Positions 48,659 to 63,530 are shown, counted from the stretch's first letter. The stretch is 64,000 nt of DNA from Rhizophagus irregularis (GCF_026210795.1 NC_089432.1:2666001-2730000), one strand, 5' to 3'. Translations and numbers: made by a program. Notes: generated by a model from the sequence alone, not told the origin.

Positions 48659-51342
48659 ATGTCTAACAACGTTGAACTTATTAACAATTCAAATGATTGG
48701 ATTAAATGGATTGAAGATTCCATTTCTAGAAAGCTTATTAAATATTATGAATTTGAACAATTTTGTAATATTCAAGAAATTGGTTTCGGAGGTTTTGGAA
48801 AAGTTTATCGTGCAAATTGGAAGAATTATTACAAATATTGTGCATTAAAATCCTTTTATAATTTCAACGATGCTACAGTTAAAGCAATTGTTCGTGAGGT
48901 AATTTTAATATCGAACATATTATTTCAATTTATATATGTACATTTCGTTTCTGGTATTAACAAAATTCTATTTACTGCTAGATTCAATTTCAGCGTGAAG
49001 TAGATTTTCATGATAATGTTATCCGTTTTTATGGTGTCACAACTTCCAGTAAAGGTATTAAAAGTTTTAGTAATATTATTTTTTTATAATAAACTGCAAT
49101 TAATTAACTGATTTATGATTTTTTCTTCTTTTTTAAAGACGACCAAAGAAAAGAGTATATGTTAGTAATGGAATATGCCGACAATGGTACTCTCCGAAAA
49201 TATTTACAGGAAAATTTTAGAAATCTCACTTGGAATGATAAATTCAATCTTGCATTCCAACTGGTTAGTGCAGTATCATGTTTGCATGACGAAGGGATAA
49301 TGCATCGTGATTTGGTAAATATATTACAATTTATTGTGATTTATTTTAATGATTATTTTATTGTTAACGTTAATTTAACATTGATAGCACTCCAATAACG
49401 TGTTAATCCATCAGAATACTGTTAAGCTGGCAGATTTTGGCTTATCAAAAAGAATTGAGGAAACATCAAACTCTCAATCAAAAACATTTGGATTAATTCC
49501 TTATACTGACCCAAAAATCTTTAATAGAAATACATCAACATTATACTTATTAAATAAAAAAAGTGATGTTTATAGCATTGGCGTATTATTATGGGAAATA
49601 TCCAGCGGCCAGCCTCCTTTTCATGGTATACCATATGACGTTGGTTTGGCTATAAGTATTTCACAAGGCCTTAGAGAGGAGCCTATTCCAAATATATCAA
49701 AAGATTATATAAAAATTTATACTGGTGAGTATAAAATTACATATTATCCCTATGATTTTAATTAATTTTAATTTTTTTTTTTTTGATAGATTGTTGGAAT
49801 ATTGAACCTGATAATCGTCCAACTATCAATCGAGTGGTTGATGAATTAAAAGCAATTATAACAAAAGAAAACATAATTATTAAAGATTTTCATTTATATA
49901 ATGTCAACAATAATGTTCAATTATCATATGACCATCAACTGTCTAATTTGAATGTTAAAGTTTCTGAAAGTACTAATTCATTACATGGAGACTTATCTCA
50001 ACTTATTCAAAATTTTGATATGATGGATACAAAAGATATAGAATCTTCAATATCAATTAACCAATTTGAGGATAACTTTAATATAATAATTAATAATATG
50101 TTCAATTTTTTTCATGATGGTGATGAAGAAGGGAAGCAAAAGGTCTTAAGTTATCTTAATGAACAAAATATAACTTTGCAAGAGATTAAGAATTTATTAT
50201 TAAATAATCAAAATAATTCGAATTCTATTTACTTACTTGGAAAATTTAATGAATTAGGAATTGGAATTAGTGTTGATAAGCAAAAAGCATTTGGGTTATA
50301 CCAAAAAGCAGCAGATCTAGGAAATGTATTAGGAATAACTGATTTAGGAAGTTGTTATAAATATGGAATTGGAACTGTTGTTGATAAGAAAAAAGCTTTT
50401 GAATTAAATCAAAAAGCAGCAGATTTAGGAAACACATATGGAATAAATAATTTAGGACATTGTTATCAAAATGGAATTGGAATTGATATTGACAAGAAAA
50501 AAGCATTTGAATTATATCAAAAGGCAGCAGATTTAGGAAATTTATCAGGAATATATAATTTAGGAAATTGTTATAAAAATGGAATTGGAATTGATATTGA
50601 TAAGAAAAAAGCATTTGAATTATATCAAAAGGCAGCAGATTTAGGAGATTCACCTGGAATGAGTAATTTAGGATATTGTTATCAATATGGTATTGGAACT
50701 GATATTAACAAGAAAAAAGCATTTGAATTATATCAAAAGGCAGCAGATTTAGGAGATTCACCTGGAATGAGTAATTTAGGATATTGTTATCAAAATGGAA
50801 TTGGAATTGATATTGACAAGAAAAAAGCATTTGAATTATATCAAAAGGCAGCAGATTTAGGAAATTTATCAGGAATATATAATTTAGGAAATTGTTATAA
50901 AAATGGAATTGGAATTGATATTGATAAGAAAAAAGCATTTGAATTATATCAAAAGGCAGCAGATTTAGGAGATTCACCTGGAATGAGTAATTTAGGATAT
51001 TGTTATCAATATGGTATTGGAACTGATATTGACAAGAAAAAAGCATTTGAATTATATCAAAAGGCAGCAGATTTAGGAGATTCATCTGGAATGAGTAATT
51101 TAGGATATTGTTATCAATATGGAATTGGAACTGATATTGACAAGAAAAAAGCATTTGAATTATATCAAAAGGTAGCAGATTTAGGAAACAGTTTAGCTCA
51201 ATATAAACTTGCTATGATGTATGAGAATGGAGAAGGAATTGTTAAAAATATAGATAAAGCAATTTATTGGTACAATAAATCAGCTAAACAAGGATATCAA
51301 AAGGCTCAGAATAAATTAGAAAAACTTAAAAATAAGAAATAA
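48659..51342 (+). CDS. Protein kinase + ~10 Sel1-like repeats; 5 exons
   Basis: Exons ~48659-48898, 48982-49054, 49139-49314, 49389-49725 and 49790-51342 splice in frame. Motifs GFGGFG, HRDLHSNN, DFG and SDVYSIG, then a tandem Sel1 array. Confidence 0.92.
50250..51190 (+). repeat. Near-identical 108-bp coding tandem repeats (Sel1 units)
   Basis: AAGAAAAAAGCATTTGAATTATATCAAAAGGCAGCAGATTTAGGA recurs every 108 bp. Confidence 0.92.
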
Positions 51343-51978
51343 AAAACAATTTGTATTAACTAAATTAAGAAACATGATATTATTACAATAATCTTTTTTT
51401 TATTTATATGATATAAAATTTATAATACTAAGAATAAACTTAGTCAAATGATAATTACAAAGTTTTACTTGGACTATCTTTGATAATATAAGTAGTATTT
51501 TATAATGACTATAGAATTGTTTTTTATTAAATCTAAGCATTTTGATTAAATAATTATATATATATATTAACATAAAGAAAAGAATGTCATAAAACCTGTG
51601 AAGTTTTGCATAACTTTGAACTAATTTTATATTTGATATTATGATCATGAATAAACTCAGTTTATAGTTAGTTTGAAACCAAATATAATTAATCTTTCCA
51701 TCATTTTTATAACATTGCATAGTCTTATGCTTTATGCTTTATACTTTAGGGTTAGCAATCAGCCTTTTATGGATGGTAAATTAATATATTAAGAAAAAAT
51801 CTTTTTTGTTGAAATGTCCATTGTAAATTATTGTATTAGCCTTTTTAAAGTAAATATTTTCATAGAATAATATTTCTTTAGAAAGGACATTTCTCCAAAA
51901 AAAAAAAAATTAAAGGTTTTAAGATAATTAAATAAATATTTCAATAAATAAAATAATTAATAAGAAACAACTTTACTA

Positions 51979-52314
51979 AATCACACCACTGGTGCCCAAC
52001 ACCATAGTATGTGTTTTCATGAAAACTATAGCTTAAACTAAAGAAGTCATTCTAATTAAAATTTACTTAGTTTTTCGATTTTTTTTTATTTTGCAATATT
52101 TGTGGTATAAAATAAAAAAGTACCAAGAAAAATATATGTGAAGTATATTATATGCTACAGCATTAAATATAGCAATATGGATTATAATATTTTATTAATG
52201 GAAACATCTTAATTAGACTATTAATAATATCAGATATAGAATAAAAAAATTATATGATAAATAAAAAAATAATTAATACATATAACTGTGGTGTTGAACA
52301 CCAGTGGTGTGATT
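51979..52314. mobile_element. ~336-bp MITE with ~30-bp TIRs, TA flanks
   Basis: TA|AATCACACCACTGGTGCCCAACACCATAGT ... ACTGTGGTGTTGAACACCAGTGGTGTGATT|TA. Confidence 0.75.
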
Positions 52315-53487
52315 TATAATTTTTTGATATACATAAGTTTTTAATCTTTTGATAAAATATTTTTTTAAAAAAACAAATACAATATTATTTATTTTTAAAG
52401 TATAAAGCCTGCCTGCATTTAATTTTTTTATTTTAATATTATTATTTTAATTTAAAATGATGATTTACAGAGTGTATTCATAAACATAACAAAGGGCAAT
52501 TATCTATAGGGAGGAAGCTTGATAATAATTATAATAATTTTCATGATATTGTTGTCATGTACCATAACTTGGAGTTGTAAATTTCATTGTGATATTTCAT
52601 AAATCAAAGTAAGAATTAACTGTTAGTATAGAAATATCAGCCATAAGAGATTTTTTTTAAGAGCCCATAAAGTCGAGTCTGTTAAGATATTTGAAACAAA
52701 TATTCCAGAAAAGTAGTGACAGTAAATTACTTACAAAAGGATGATTAGTTAATAATTTATTTTTACAATTTATATATTTGAAACTATTTAAAGTGAATGA
52801 ATAAAAATATTAGAATTGTGCTTATCGTTCTCAAGTCATTTAAAATTAAAATCACATGATTTTCACGATTTGTTACAAAGAAAAAGAAAATACAAAAATC
52901 TTTTATTTATAGATAGAATGGGTATCACCAGATATTTCTATGTCGAAAGTCCGCTGAATCAATTTAACAGCATCTTTGGATTTCTTAAACTATTAAACGT
53001 AAATACAAAAAATTATTATTTTTCCAAAGAATTATTAAATACCTTTACAGAAATGTATCAATAGTCAAAAGCTTGTGACCAAATCGTGACTAAATGGTAT
53101 ATCTAATTAGTAATAGTTTCGTTACGAGCTAGTAAACCATTAATCTGTATATGGCCGATATGCAGTTACTGCGCATTAAGACGATCGATGACGATATGAC
53201 GACCAAAAAAAAATTTATTATCGAAGTTGTTAGATATTATTAAATAAATCGTAAAAATATTTATAGTACTTTGTAAATATATAGCAAATATTAATAAATA
53301 AATCGTAAATATATTTATAGTACTTTGTAAATATATAACAAATATTAGTAAATATATCAAAAAGAATTATAAACGTTTTTTAAAAAAATTAGTAAATGCA
53401 ACGATAATTATTTTTGATGTTTCAATGTTAATTAGTACATGATACATAAAATTAATCTAATACCTCGCAGAAAAACATTAACCAACA

Positions 53488-55109
53488 TTAAATGGCTTTG
53501 AAGAAATATATATTCCTCATATATAAATTATTCCCAAAATCATGTTCACCACTATTACATTCATCGTCATGACAACAATGAACAAAATGTACAGTACTAC
53601 TTGTATCAACTACGCTCATAGAACATATCTGTCGCGTATCTTGAAGCCTGTAAACCGGACATCCTAATTTCATTAAATTAGTAATTTCGAACCTATTGAT
53701 TGCAATCTAACAACCATACTTCAATATGTGATCTTTTTCTACGATCATTACTTTGTAAATTTTTTGGCAATTCATCAAACCTTAAAACGCGTTGGATGAT
53801 TATTTTGAGTTCACCATGCATTTCTACTATTGCTAAGATTCTACCAATCTTTGATACTGTTTCTTTATAAACTACAAAATCTCCACAATTGTATATCTCT
53901 AAAATTGAATTGTTTAATAATAAATATTATATATTAATAAAAGTTCTCATAGTAATGCATTAAAAAAAATTATGACATACTTCCATTAATTTGAGTAAAT
54001 GCACATCCAAATCGCGGTGATTCCTTCCATAGTAAGTCTCCATGCCAGAGTTCTATATTTTTTTCAACTATTTTACCTGGACCAAAATACATTTGGCCAA
54101 ACAGTGATGGATTGTTAAGAGAATGCCAAATGATATCTGTAATAGATAAATAATAGATATCCTTGATTTCTTTAGAGGTTGATGGGGTTTTTTTGTTTGA
54201 AATATGAACTTTGCGTGATTTGATCGGGAGTAGAGGCAAAATTTGTTACAACATCTTCACTTTTGAACTTTGGATGGTTAATTATATCCACTAATTCATC
54301 ATAAGCTCGGGTAGCTATTAGTATAATAATAAAACAAAAATTGATTAATAATGAAAATGATGGAAGAAAATCATTAAATATTTCCTTACATATGTTATGT
54401 TTTTGTATCCAACAAAACATCAATGCCTCAGTAACATTTTTGAAATACGGTGCAAACTCTCCATCAGTATGTGGCATCTGTTCACTGTTTAAGGCTTTAT
54501 CAACAATTTTATCTGATATTTCTTTGCTTTGTACTTCATTATCATCATCATTATCACTACATAATCCGTCTTTAATATTAAAGTTAAATTCTTCATAATC
54601 ATCAGATAATTCATCTTCACTAAAATACTCATTATTATCAAATAATTCTTCGAAAGATTCCTTGTTAAATGGCTCTTCTTCAAATAATTCTTCTTCAAAA
54701 AAAAAAATCCATTATTTAGCATTTCGGAATTACTTTGGATTTCATTTGACATTTCACAATCATTTGAAATTTTATCGTCAACTTCCTCAATTGGTAATTT
54801 ATAGTCAACTTTTTCGTTTGACAATATATAACTTTCATTATTTGATAATTCATATAATTCATAGTTGACTTTTTCACCGTAATCCTCTTCATTTGGTAAT
54901 TCGTAAATAGTCACATCTTCTTTATTATTTAGTTCTATCATAATACTTTAACTTTTAATAAATTGAATATTTAATATATAAACTATAAAACAAATAAACC
55001 AATATTCACCATTTATTTTAGTGTCTTTTTTATTGTCCGTAGACTTACTCTGTGGGCGTCTTATATAGTTTTGGCGATAACTATAGGATGTGAACCGGTT
55101 GCGAAACAT
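53488..55109 (-). pseudogene. CMC/Plavaka(CACTA)-like transposase pseudogene, catalytic core apparently deleted
   Basis: GEFAPYFKNVTEALMFCW, TRAYDELVDII, LPLLPI...YLSITDIIWHSLNNPSL..MYFGPG...ELWHGD..WKESPRFG and a BAH-like GDFVVY segment run directly into the C-terminal HFVHCC...H...N.Y..N.YF. Family assignment is from recall. Confidence 0.6.
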
Positions 55110-55537
55110 TTTACATAAAAAATAAAAGAAAATTATTTGTATATTTATATTATTTGTTTAAAAGTAATAAATAAAAAAAATCAAAAAAAAAAATTCAGTT
55201 CGAAGCTTAATAAAGAGTAAAAAAAAATTCCCATGAACAACAATCGCTTCTTTTACAATTGAATTAATTGAATTTATTTTGATTAAACTATAATAGTTTA
55301 CTGTCAAAAATAATCAGCTCTTTAACCGATTATCATATACAAAAGAAACTTATATTATCGTTATTATTAGCCAAATTTAGTATGTATTCAACGAAAAGTT
55401 TAAGTAGTTTATTATTAGATAACCTTATTAGTAGCTAAATTTAGTAATCAAAAAGTTTAAATTATTGTTATGCTTTATAAGCAATGATTTAATTATAAAA
55501 TCCTTTTCTTCTTTACTTTTACTAAATAATAATCATA

Positions 55538-57577
55538 ATGAAGCCTTCTAGAAATTCAAAGAAACGTGCACTTGAAAAATTAAGCACTAATACAAAAACT
55601 AGAAAAACTCATGAAAATCAAGAAATGGCACCTACGGACGACTTTAATGATCCTATAATTAATACTAATGGTTCACAAAATGAAAGTGCGAGTAAAAGAG
55701 GTTGCAAAAAGATGGTGAAAAAAACTAAAGCCATGGATAATCACAATAATAACACCAAAAATCAACAGTATAAAACTACTAAAGGAATAAAGCAAATTCA
55801 TAAAGATCACGAAGAGAGAAATGTTGCTATTCCACAAATACAGACAATTGATGAGCTTTTGAATGATATTAATAGTAGTGCAAATGAAGAAAACAATGAT
55901 GACGATGAAGATGATAATGATATTACAAATGACAATGATCATCTGATGTCAATTTTAGAAAAAGAAGCTAATAGTCAAAATGACAAAGAAATAGAAACAA
56001 TAATGTCAGTTATAGATTCAGAAACCAATAACCGTAATAATACATTTTTAAAATTAAACTCAGTTTTTGAATCAAGAACTGGCAGTCAAAATGACTTTAC
56101 ATCTCCAAGAAAGATTTTTTCAAGACCGAATCCAGCTTTATTGGATATTAATAGTCAAGATGATGGTTATATTTCTCCTTCAAGAACGATTTTAAGACCA
56201 AATTCAAGATCTCAATTGAGCGTCAATAGTCAAAATGATGATTATTTTTCTTCAAGACAAACTTCAAGATCTCAGTTGGACGCCAATAGTCAAGATGATT
56301 CAAGACCAAATTCAAGATCTCAATTGGGCGTCAATAGTCAAGATAATGATTATCTTTCTTCAAGACAAAATTCAAGATCTCAGTTGGGCGCCAATAGTCG
56401 AGATGAATCAAGACCAAATTCAAGATCTCAATTGGGCGTCAATAGTCAAGATAATTCAAGACAAAATTCAAGATCTCGGTTGGACGCCAATATTCAAAAT
56501 GATGACTATTTTTTTCAAGACTGAATTTAAGATCTCAATTGGGAGATAATAGTCTAGATGATGACTATTTTGTTCTTTCAAGAAGAAGAACCAATGGTCT
56601 TGATTATTATGATTATTCAAATAAAGCACTATATCCAAAGCAAATACGACCATCACCTTTAGGGCCAAGATCAAATACGTTGAACATTCTCAATAATACA
56701 TTCAACAAAAGTGCAAATTATTCCAATATTAATGAGGAAATTCCTTCGCCATTTAATGAAATGACTATTTACCAGCTTTGTTCATGGTTATGTAAAAATC
56801 CAAATGTTTTGCAGCTGGCAAATAACATGCATTTATCAATGCAAACTCCAGTTGTAGAAGGGGCACGATTTATCTCTTCTATCTCAGCTGGGTCATCAAT
56901 TACAACGTCAAATCAAGAGTTTAAGACAAAAGTTTGCCGAGACTTTCTAGAAGAATTAAAGTGTCTATTTTTACGTGTTCGAAATCCGCCAAAAAGTGCC
57001 TTTGAAGAATTGATACGACAAGTTCTTAAAAACTCAATTCAGCTAAAGGCATTGAATGGCTTCATACGGCAAATAGGCACTTTGGTGACTTCCGTAATAA
57101 ATTAGTCAATAGTGTCGAGAATTTAGTTGAAAATTTCAAAGAAAAGAGGACATTGTTAGTATATTTTTTTCTTTCTCTTTCTTTTATTTTTTATTTAATG
57201 ATGTTTATTAATTATATTTTATTTTTTATTTAATGATGTTAATTAATTATAGGTCTATGACAAGTCCATTACAAAGAGAAGAAATTATCTCTTTTGTGGA
57301 TGAGACTGTTACGGCTCATGTGTTAAGTCGGTGGTTAAGTGCCACTAATGTGGACGAATTACATACTCTGGGTTCGATGTCTTGTTTGTGTAAATTCATT
57401 CAGAATGCATTTGCTGTTAATTATTCAGCAAGAGACACGGCAAAGACAAAGACTTTAGATAAATTGACAAAAGATATTAAAAAACTTTGCGAGCAATTTG
57501 CACTTGTGATGAAGTTTCGCGTGTACTGTATTTATTTAATTATTTCCATTATTTATTCTTTTATAATAATTAAATAA
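55538..57577 (+). pseudogene. Divergently transcribed companion gene of the CMC-like element; disordered N-terminus with S/R/Q/N repeats, frameshifted
   Basis: Three consecutive ORFs (328, 188 and 114 aa) are joined by frameshifts and an intron. SRxNSRSQLxxNSQDD repeats at 56190-56560. Confidence 0.55.
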
Positions 57578-58352
57578 GCGATTTTTCACATAATACATTA
57601 TAATGTGACACATTTATTAAGCTTACAAATAATGCAATACTTCATTTATAATAATATTAATTTTTATCGTTCGTCTCAAAAATCTGCACTAAAAAAATTA
57701 TAAAATTAAACTATTAAATTTATATATAGTTTATTATTTTATACCACATCAAAAACTAATTTTCTCAATTAATGTTAGTATTATTTACTGTTTTGTAAAC
57801 ATGCTTCTAATGTTTCTTAAATATTTCGAAACTTCTTGGTGATAGAATAGCAGCGACATTTTTACAATTCGTGACAATTTCGTATCATAACACGCAGTAA
57901 CGTGATCAGTGCGATTTTCTGACGAATAGGAATCGAACACGTGACGATTTAGTTCAAAACACCGGGTTTCTGTAAAGACGTTTTATGGATACGAAACTTT
58001 GATGTATGTTACACATAATTAAATTAAAAATAACTCGAATAAGGAACTTCCCCGAAAAGTGATTATTAATATATATTGTTTTCTTAAATTGTATACAATT
58101 ATTTGCATTTAATGAATAGAGATGAAAATAGTTACTAATTAACTGAACGTTTAACAATGTCATTATAATTAAGGAATTTTGTACAACATTCTTTCAATAA
58201 TTTTTCAGCTACCTTTAATTTATCATTCAATAAATCTTTTGATTCTTTATTAATAACTTCAACAAACTTTTTTAAATCACATGGACAATTACCGGACATT
58301 TTTGGTGAGCATTCCTTTTTATAAGGAAAATGTTAAGAATTAAGAATGTATA

Positions 58353-58536
58353 CAGTCTAACCTCGATATACCGATATTCGATATACCGATATACTATTAA
58401 AAACTTGATATACCGATAAAATTTTATTTTCCCGCTATATATGAGGACATATAAATATCGGTATAACTTTGATATAACGATATTTTCTAAAAATTTCATA
58501 TATATCCCGACATATCGTTATATAAAGGTTTGACTG
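58353..58536. mobile_element. 184-bp Tc1/mariner (pogo/Tigger-like) MITE
   Basis: TA|CAGTCTAACCTCGATATA ... TATATAAAGGTTTGACTG|TA. Confidence 0.8.
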
Positions 58537-59976
58537 TAATCAAAAAAAATGAAATAAAGAATGTTATTAGAAATGGTTGAAAATGATTTTTTTTTTGACA
58601 TTAGTTAAAATTAGATAACTTATTAGTGAATGAAAATAGAAATGAGTGAAATTAATATATTTAAGAAAATTTTGTCACGGTTATTAATTTCAATATTGTC
58701 ATACAAATACTCACGTAATAATAATATGTTGATACATTTTTTTTTTTGCTATTTTTGCAAATATAATCAATTATTATCCCAGAGAAATAAATAAAATTTT
58801 CGCACACTGTATTTCTTTTTTCAAAAAAATAAACTTATCAAAATCGGATTTATTTAAACGTAATTGTTAAATAGTTTATTTCTTAAATTGCAATTCCCTT
58901 TAAAAAAATAATTTTAATATATACAGTGATTTTATGCAACATGAAAGTAAAAAGTAAAAATAGAAATAAACAAATACTGTAGATTGTAAATTAATAATTA
59001 AAAAAATAACGAAAATAAATTTTTACTATAAAATTGCAAAAAAAAATATAAAAGTTCATTTTATTCGGGTATAAAAATTAATAATCATTCCACCAGATAG
59101 TTTAATTATCCGATTTTTATTTTATTATAAAAGAGTTTTTTTTAAACATCTATAGTTTAGTATACTATACTGAATAATTTAAACATAAATAATGAATATA
59201 ACGTTCCTACATCTCTTCTATTTAGCAACAGTTTGTTGTTTATATGGTGTGATGTCTAATAGAAAATAGAGATGTCATAATGTGTATAAGATGAAGTATT
59301 TTGCACTAGGCAATTTGATCGTCAACCCATGCAATATTCCTTCCTTCCACTCACCTCATCATACTTACCCTGGTTTTTCCTTTTTTGAAATGGCAAGTCC
59401 CATCTAGAGATTAATTTTATTATATAAGCAAAAATAGTTTAATCATACATCCATAAAATTAATTAAAGTTTAAATTAAACTAGCAAAATTTACAGCTTTA
59501 CAGTAAGATCCGATATTACTTCGGATCTTTTTAATAAATTATTATAATATTATTATTGCTTTCAAATTAATAAATGATATTACTTTTTAAATATAGCTGT
59601 ATCACTGTATCAATTAAACAATTATGATCATATATTAATAAAACATGGTCAGCCGGAATTATTAAATTCCGCAGATCATCATACTTCGATCTTGAACTGC
59701 AATTTTTTTGAGAAATATGCATCTACTTGACATATTAGTGAGGATACTTCACATGGGAAAGGGGATATTTTGTGCAGTGCGGTACAGTAAATGAAATTAA
59801 ATAATAAAATTTCATTGCATACCATGATATTTCATTGAATACTTTTATATACAAGGTTAGATGTATGTTTCAATCATTTTAAAAAAATTTGTAGTATTTA
59901 ATATAAAAATGATTTATCCATTTATTTAAATGTATTATAAACTATCAATAAATTGTTACAGAATCCCTCTCAAAAA

Positions 59977-61497
59977 CTATTTCTTGATGTAATCTTCTAC
60001 ATTAAAAGTTTCAATCTCCGCAATGGTATAAATCGCACGAATATTTAAATTATTTTCATAATTTTCGTTATAATTATTAACATATAAAGTATAACCACTC
60101 ATACACAATGAACCCATACCAAAATCAAATCCACAATGACGATTATCGAATATTGCTTTATTACTATTTACTACTCGACTTATTTTCATATATTTATTAT
60201 CACTATTATGTTCGAAGGAGAAAATAAAATTATTTGATGAATTATAAAATCGACCATTATTTTCAACAAAGTAACCTTCTTCTGATTCTCCTAATGAACT
60301 AAACCCAATAGGGCTATATCCACCAAAAATTTTGTTTGATTGTTTAACTTTAATTAAAACCAAATTCGCCATTCGACCATTACATTTATTCCTAAATGAT
60401 TTATTACTAAATCCATCACGAATATTAAGATAAATAAGTTCAAGCTTATATAATGGGTCATTTATAGTACGAGTATACATGGTATCTTTTTTATCAATCC
60501 AATTAATTATTATTTTTGCAAGTATTGGTTCGATGATATTTGATTTGATTAATGATCCAGTTCTAGGCGGTAAAATTATAATTTTTGGTATGACACTTTT
60601 ATAATGAAATTCTTCAATATCTTCATAAATATGTTTGGGAATAATAGTTTTGTAAGGAAGGACTTTATCAAAGATATCCACACGAGAAATTCCCACAAGC
60701 CGAATGAGAGGAATAAATTGATTTAAAGTTTTCTTTAATGCTTCATAATTTTCATTATTCCATTTTGCTTTATCACTCACCAAACCAGGATTTTGATTAA
60801 TACCCCATTTGATTAAATGATCCCAAATGATAATTTCTTCAATTTGTAAGTCATCTATTTTAAGCAAATCAAAAAGTATTTCCTTATTTAATGAAGGAAA
60901 ACTTTTTGAAGATAAAAACAATAGTGTATTTTTGCAGATAAATTTAAGACAACAATCTTGTAACTTCTTGCAATTATCAAGTCTAAATACAGCATTAAGA
61001 ACAAGAGCAGAATTTTCATGAATCCAGTCAAGTCTTTCTTCAATTAAATAGTCTTGAACATGTCTAAATAACTCTTCAAAAAGTAATTCATCAGATGCGA
61101 CTAGTAAATCGAGAATATTTTCGCCCGATTGCTTAGTTAAATCAAATTCACCAGTGTAAATATATCTAGTAAAATAATTATATTAATTATAATAATTTTG
61201 AATAAGTTAAATGATTAATAAAAAAAAATCAAATGATTCTTACCTTAAAATCATATCAAAACAAGTAGGTGTTAAATCTGGTTTACTAAATATAATCATA
61301 TTATCCTTCTTTCTAATCCAATTAGAAGAAAGGGCACTTTTAAAATAAGAAGAACGAGCACGTAAAATAACTGAATGCGTACGAAATTCTTTTGTATTTT
61401 GGTTTTCACCAACTTGAATAATAACATTGTAATCATCTGGATAATCTAATAATAAGGAAAGGTCTTTTGAAAGATTAAGGTGAAATATTGAAGCCAT
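59977..61497 (-). CDS. BTB/POZ-BACK-TLDc domain protein; 2 exons
   Basis: Exon 1 DYNVIIQVGE...FRTHSVILRARSSYF (BTB). Intron ~61243-61166. Exon 2 YIYTG..., IEEIIIWDHLIKWG (BACK), RDGFSNKSFRNKC...IFGGYSPIG...FIFSF (TLDc). Confidence 0.9.
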
Positions 61498-62617
61498 ACT
61501 TTTCTTTTTTTTTAAAAAAAAAAAGAGTGCAAATGTGTGAATAATTTTGGTTCATTATTACAGTATATTGTCAATCATTATCGGCTAAAAATTTGTAACG
61601 TTACAAAATTATTTTTGGAGATCATGTGCTGTACTACTTTCCTCTATTGAATATTATTATATTATTAGGCGAAAACAAAATTGAGCCTAATGATTTAGAC
61701 GTAAGAAGACAAATACATTTATATCCAAATTATCTAAAGCCTATCTACCTAACAAACAAAACCAAAAACCAAAAAAAAAAATGCTCACCACAAAAGCTAA
61801 AATTTATTAACAAAAAATTTTTGTTGGATTTTAAAAATAATATTTAGATATTTAATTTTTTAACAATTTTTAATAATTAAAATATACAATAAAAATGCAA
61901 TGTATACTTAACATTTTTTCTTGTTATCCCGCGAAATTTTAAAGATCTCGGTAAAGTGGATACAGAAATCTCTTTTCCAGTTTTATTAATCATCTCAACA
62001 ATTTCATAATCTTAAAATTTTCCTGTCAAAATATAAATTAAAATAATGAGAAACGAACGTTAAAATTTATTAAAAAAACATATAACATAATTAACCAACC
62101 TTCATATCAGATATGCTAAAATTTTCTCCTTACTACTTGTTTGCAAAATGGATTTGTTACGCAGAATTCTGTGTACTAATTCTTAGTAATTATGAATTTT
62201 TTTGTAAATTATAGTCATCACAAAATAAATACACTATCCGATTCTTGTGTGATTTGCAAGTTTATATTGTAGTGTTAATAAAAAAAAGATTTAAAGCGTG
62301 ATTTTGGAGATAAAACCATAAGTTTGTTTTATAATAAAGAATTGGTGAAACTTGGTAATATTAATTCAAACGTTTTCGTAAAACGTTTAAAGATTATTTT
62401 TTATAATGGAGCTTGTGTGAGATTTTCTGATGATCGACAGATGATCGATATATCACGCAAATATAGAATTAATGACGAAAATACATACCCAGTTTCAAAT
62501 AACTTCTCTTGAGCTTTTAAACATGTAGTTACAGTAAAAGCAAAAATTTCTTATTTACAATTAAATATATCATATTTTGTCAAATAGCGTATTGTTTGTT
62601 GATTCATGTTACACTTA

Positions 62618-63530
62618 ATGTCATACATGTGTAATCGAAAAAAAAAATTTTTAAGGTAACATTCAGGTTTACTGCTGTTGAGTATCACCATTTAATAGAG
62701 TTCTCGAAATTTATCTATTGAACTATGAATGGCTTATTGGTGAATGAATAGTGTAAACAAAAAAATACTGGACTTGATTGGTGCAAAGAATGCAAAGCAT
62801 TTTCAATAAAATTTCAAAATTGGACTAGTGATAATAACAATATTGACAAGAAGCTCAACTATCAGCATTTAATAGCAAATATGAAGTATTAGAGTGGATA
62901 CCTTACAATAAATTTTATGATATTGAATATATTGCAAAAGGTGGTTTTGGAAAAGTGTATAGAGAAAAATGTATTGATGGATGTATTAATAGTTGGGATA
63001 ATAAAAATAAATTAGCAATAAAATTTGTCAAGCACTTAGACCAAGATTTAGTGATATTAAAGTACCTCAATTGACTGTAAATTAATGAAAAGGTGCCTGC
63101 TGGGCAAATCTATTAAATCGACCAAAAGGAGAAATTCGATACATTTTATATCAATATTATGATGAATCCTATGAATTGGAGCGTATAGATATTGATAATA
63201 AAACAGAATTACAAAAACAAATTAAAGAGGCAGAAGAAATCAATAATAGTCTACCAACTACTAGCAGCATACTTTTTACAAATTTGTCACACAAAACACA
63301 TACAGAAGCAAATTTTTACAAGTGGATTGCTTAATTCTAATAACCTTTCCTGAGCCAAAAAATTCTGATGATTATTATAATGAGCAAAATGACAACATAT
63401 ATTAGTGAAATATTTTCAGGCGATTACTGTAATAATTTGTGATATATAACTAATTAAGACAAAATATTGATATGTTTTATTTATTAAATAGAATCTTTAC
63501 AAATTGATCTTTCTCAATAAAGATGGTAAG
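62618..63530 (+). pseudogene. Protein kinase pseudogene (a different expanded subfamily), internally deleted
   Basis: WCKECK...NFQNWTSDNNNID...YEVLEWIPYNKFYDIEYIAKGGFGKVY, then a jump to C-lobe/tail remnants with frameshifts. Confidence 0.75.

Noticed and set aside
50267..51154. Minus-strand repetitive ORFs (128 and 149 aa)
   Set aside because: Antisense shadows of the Sel1 repeat array.
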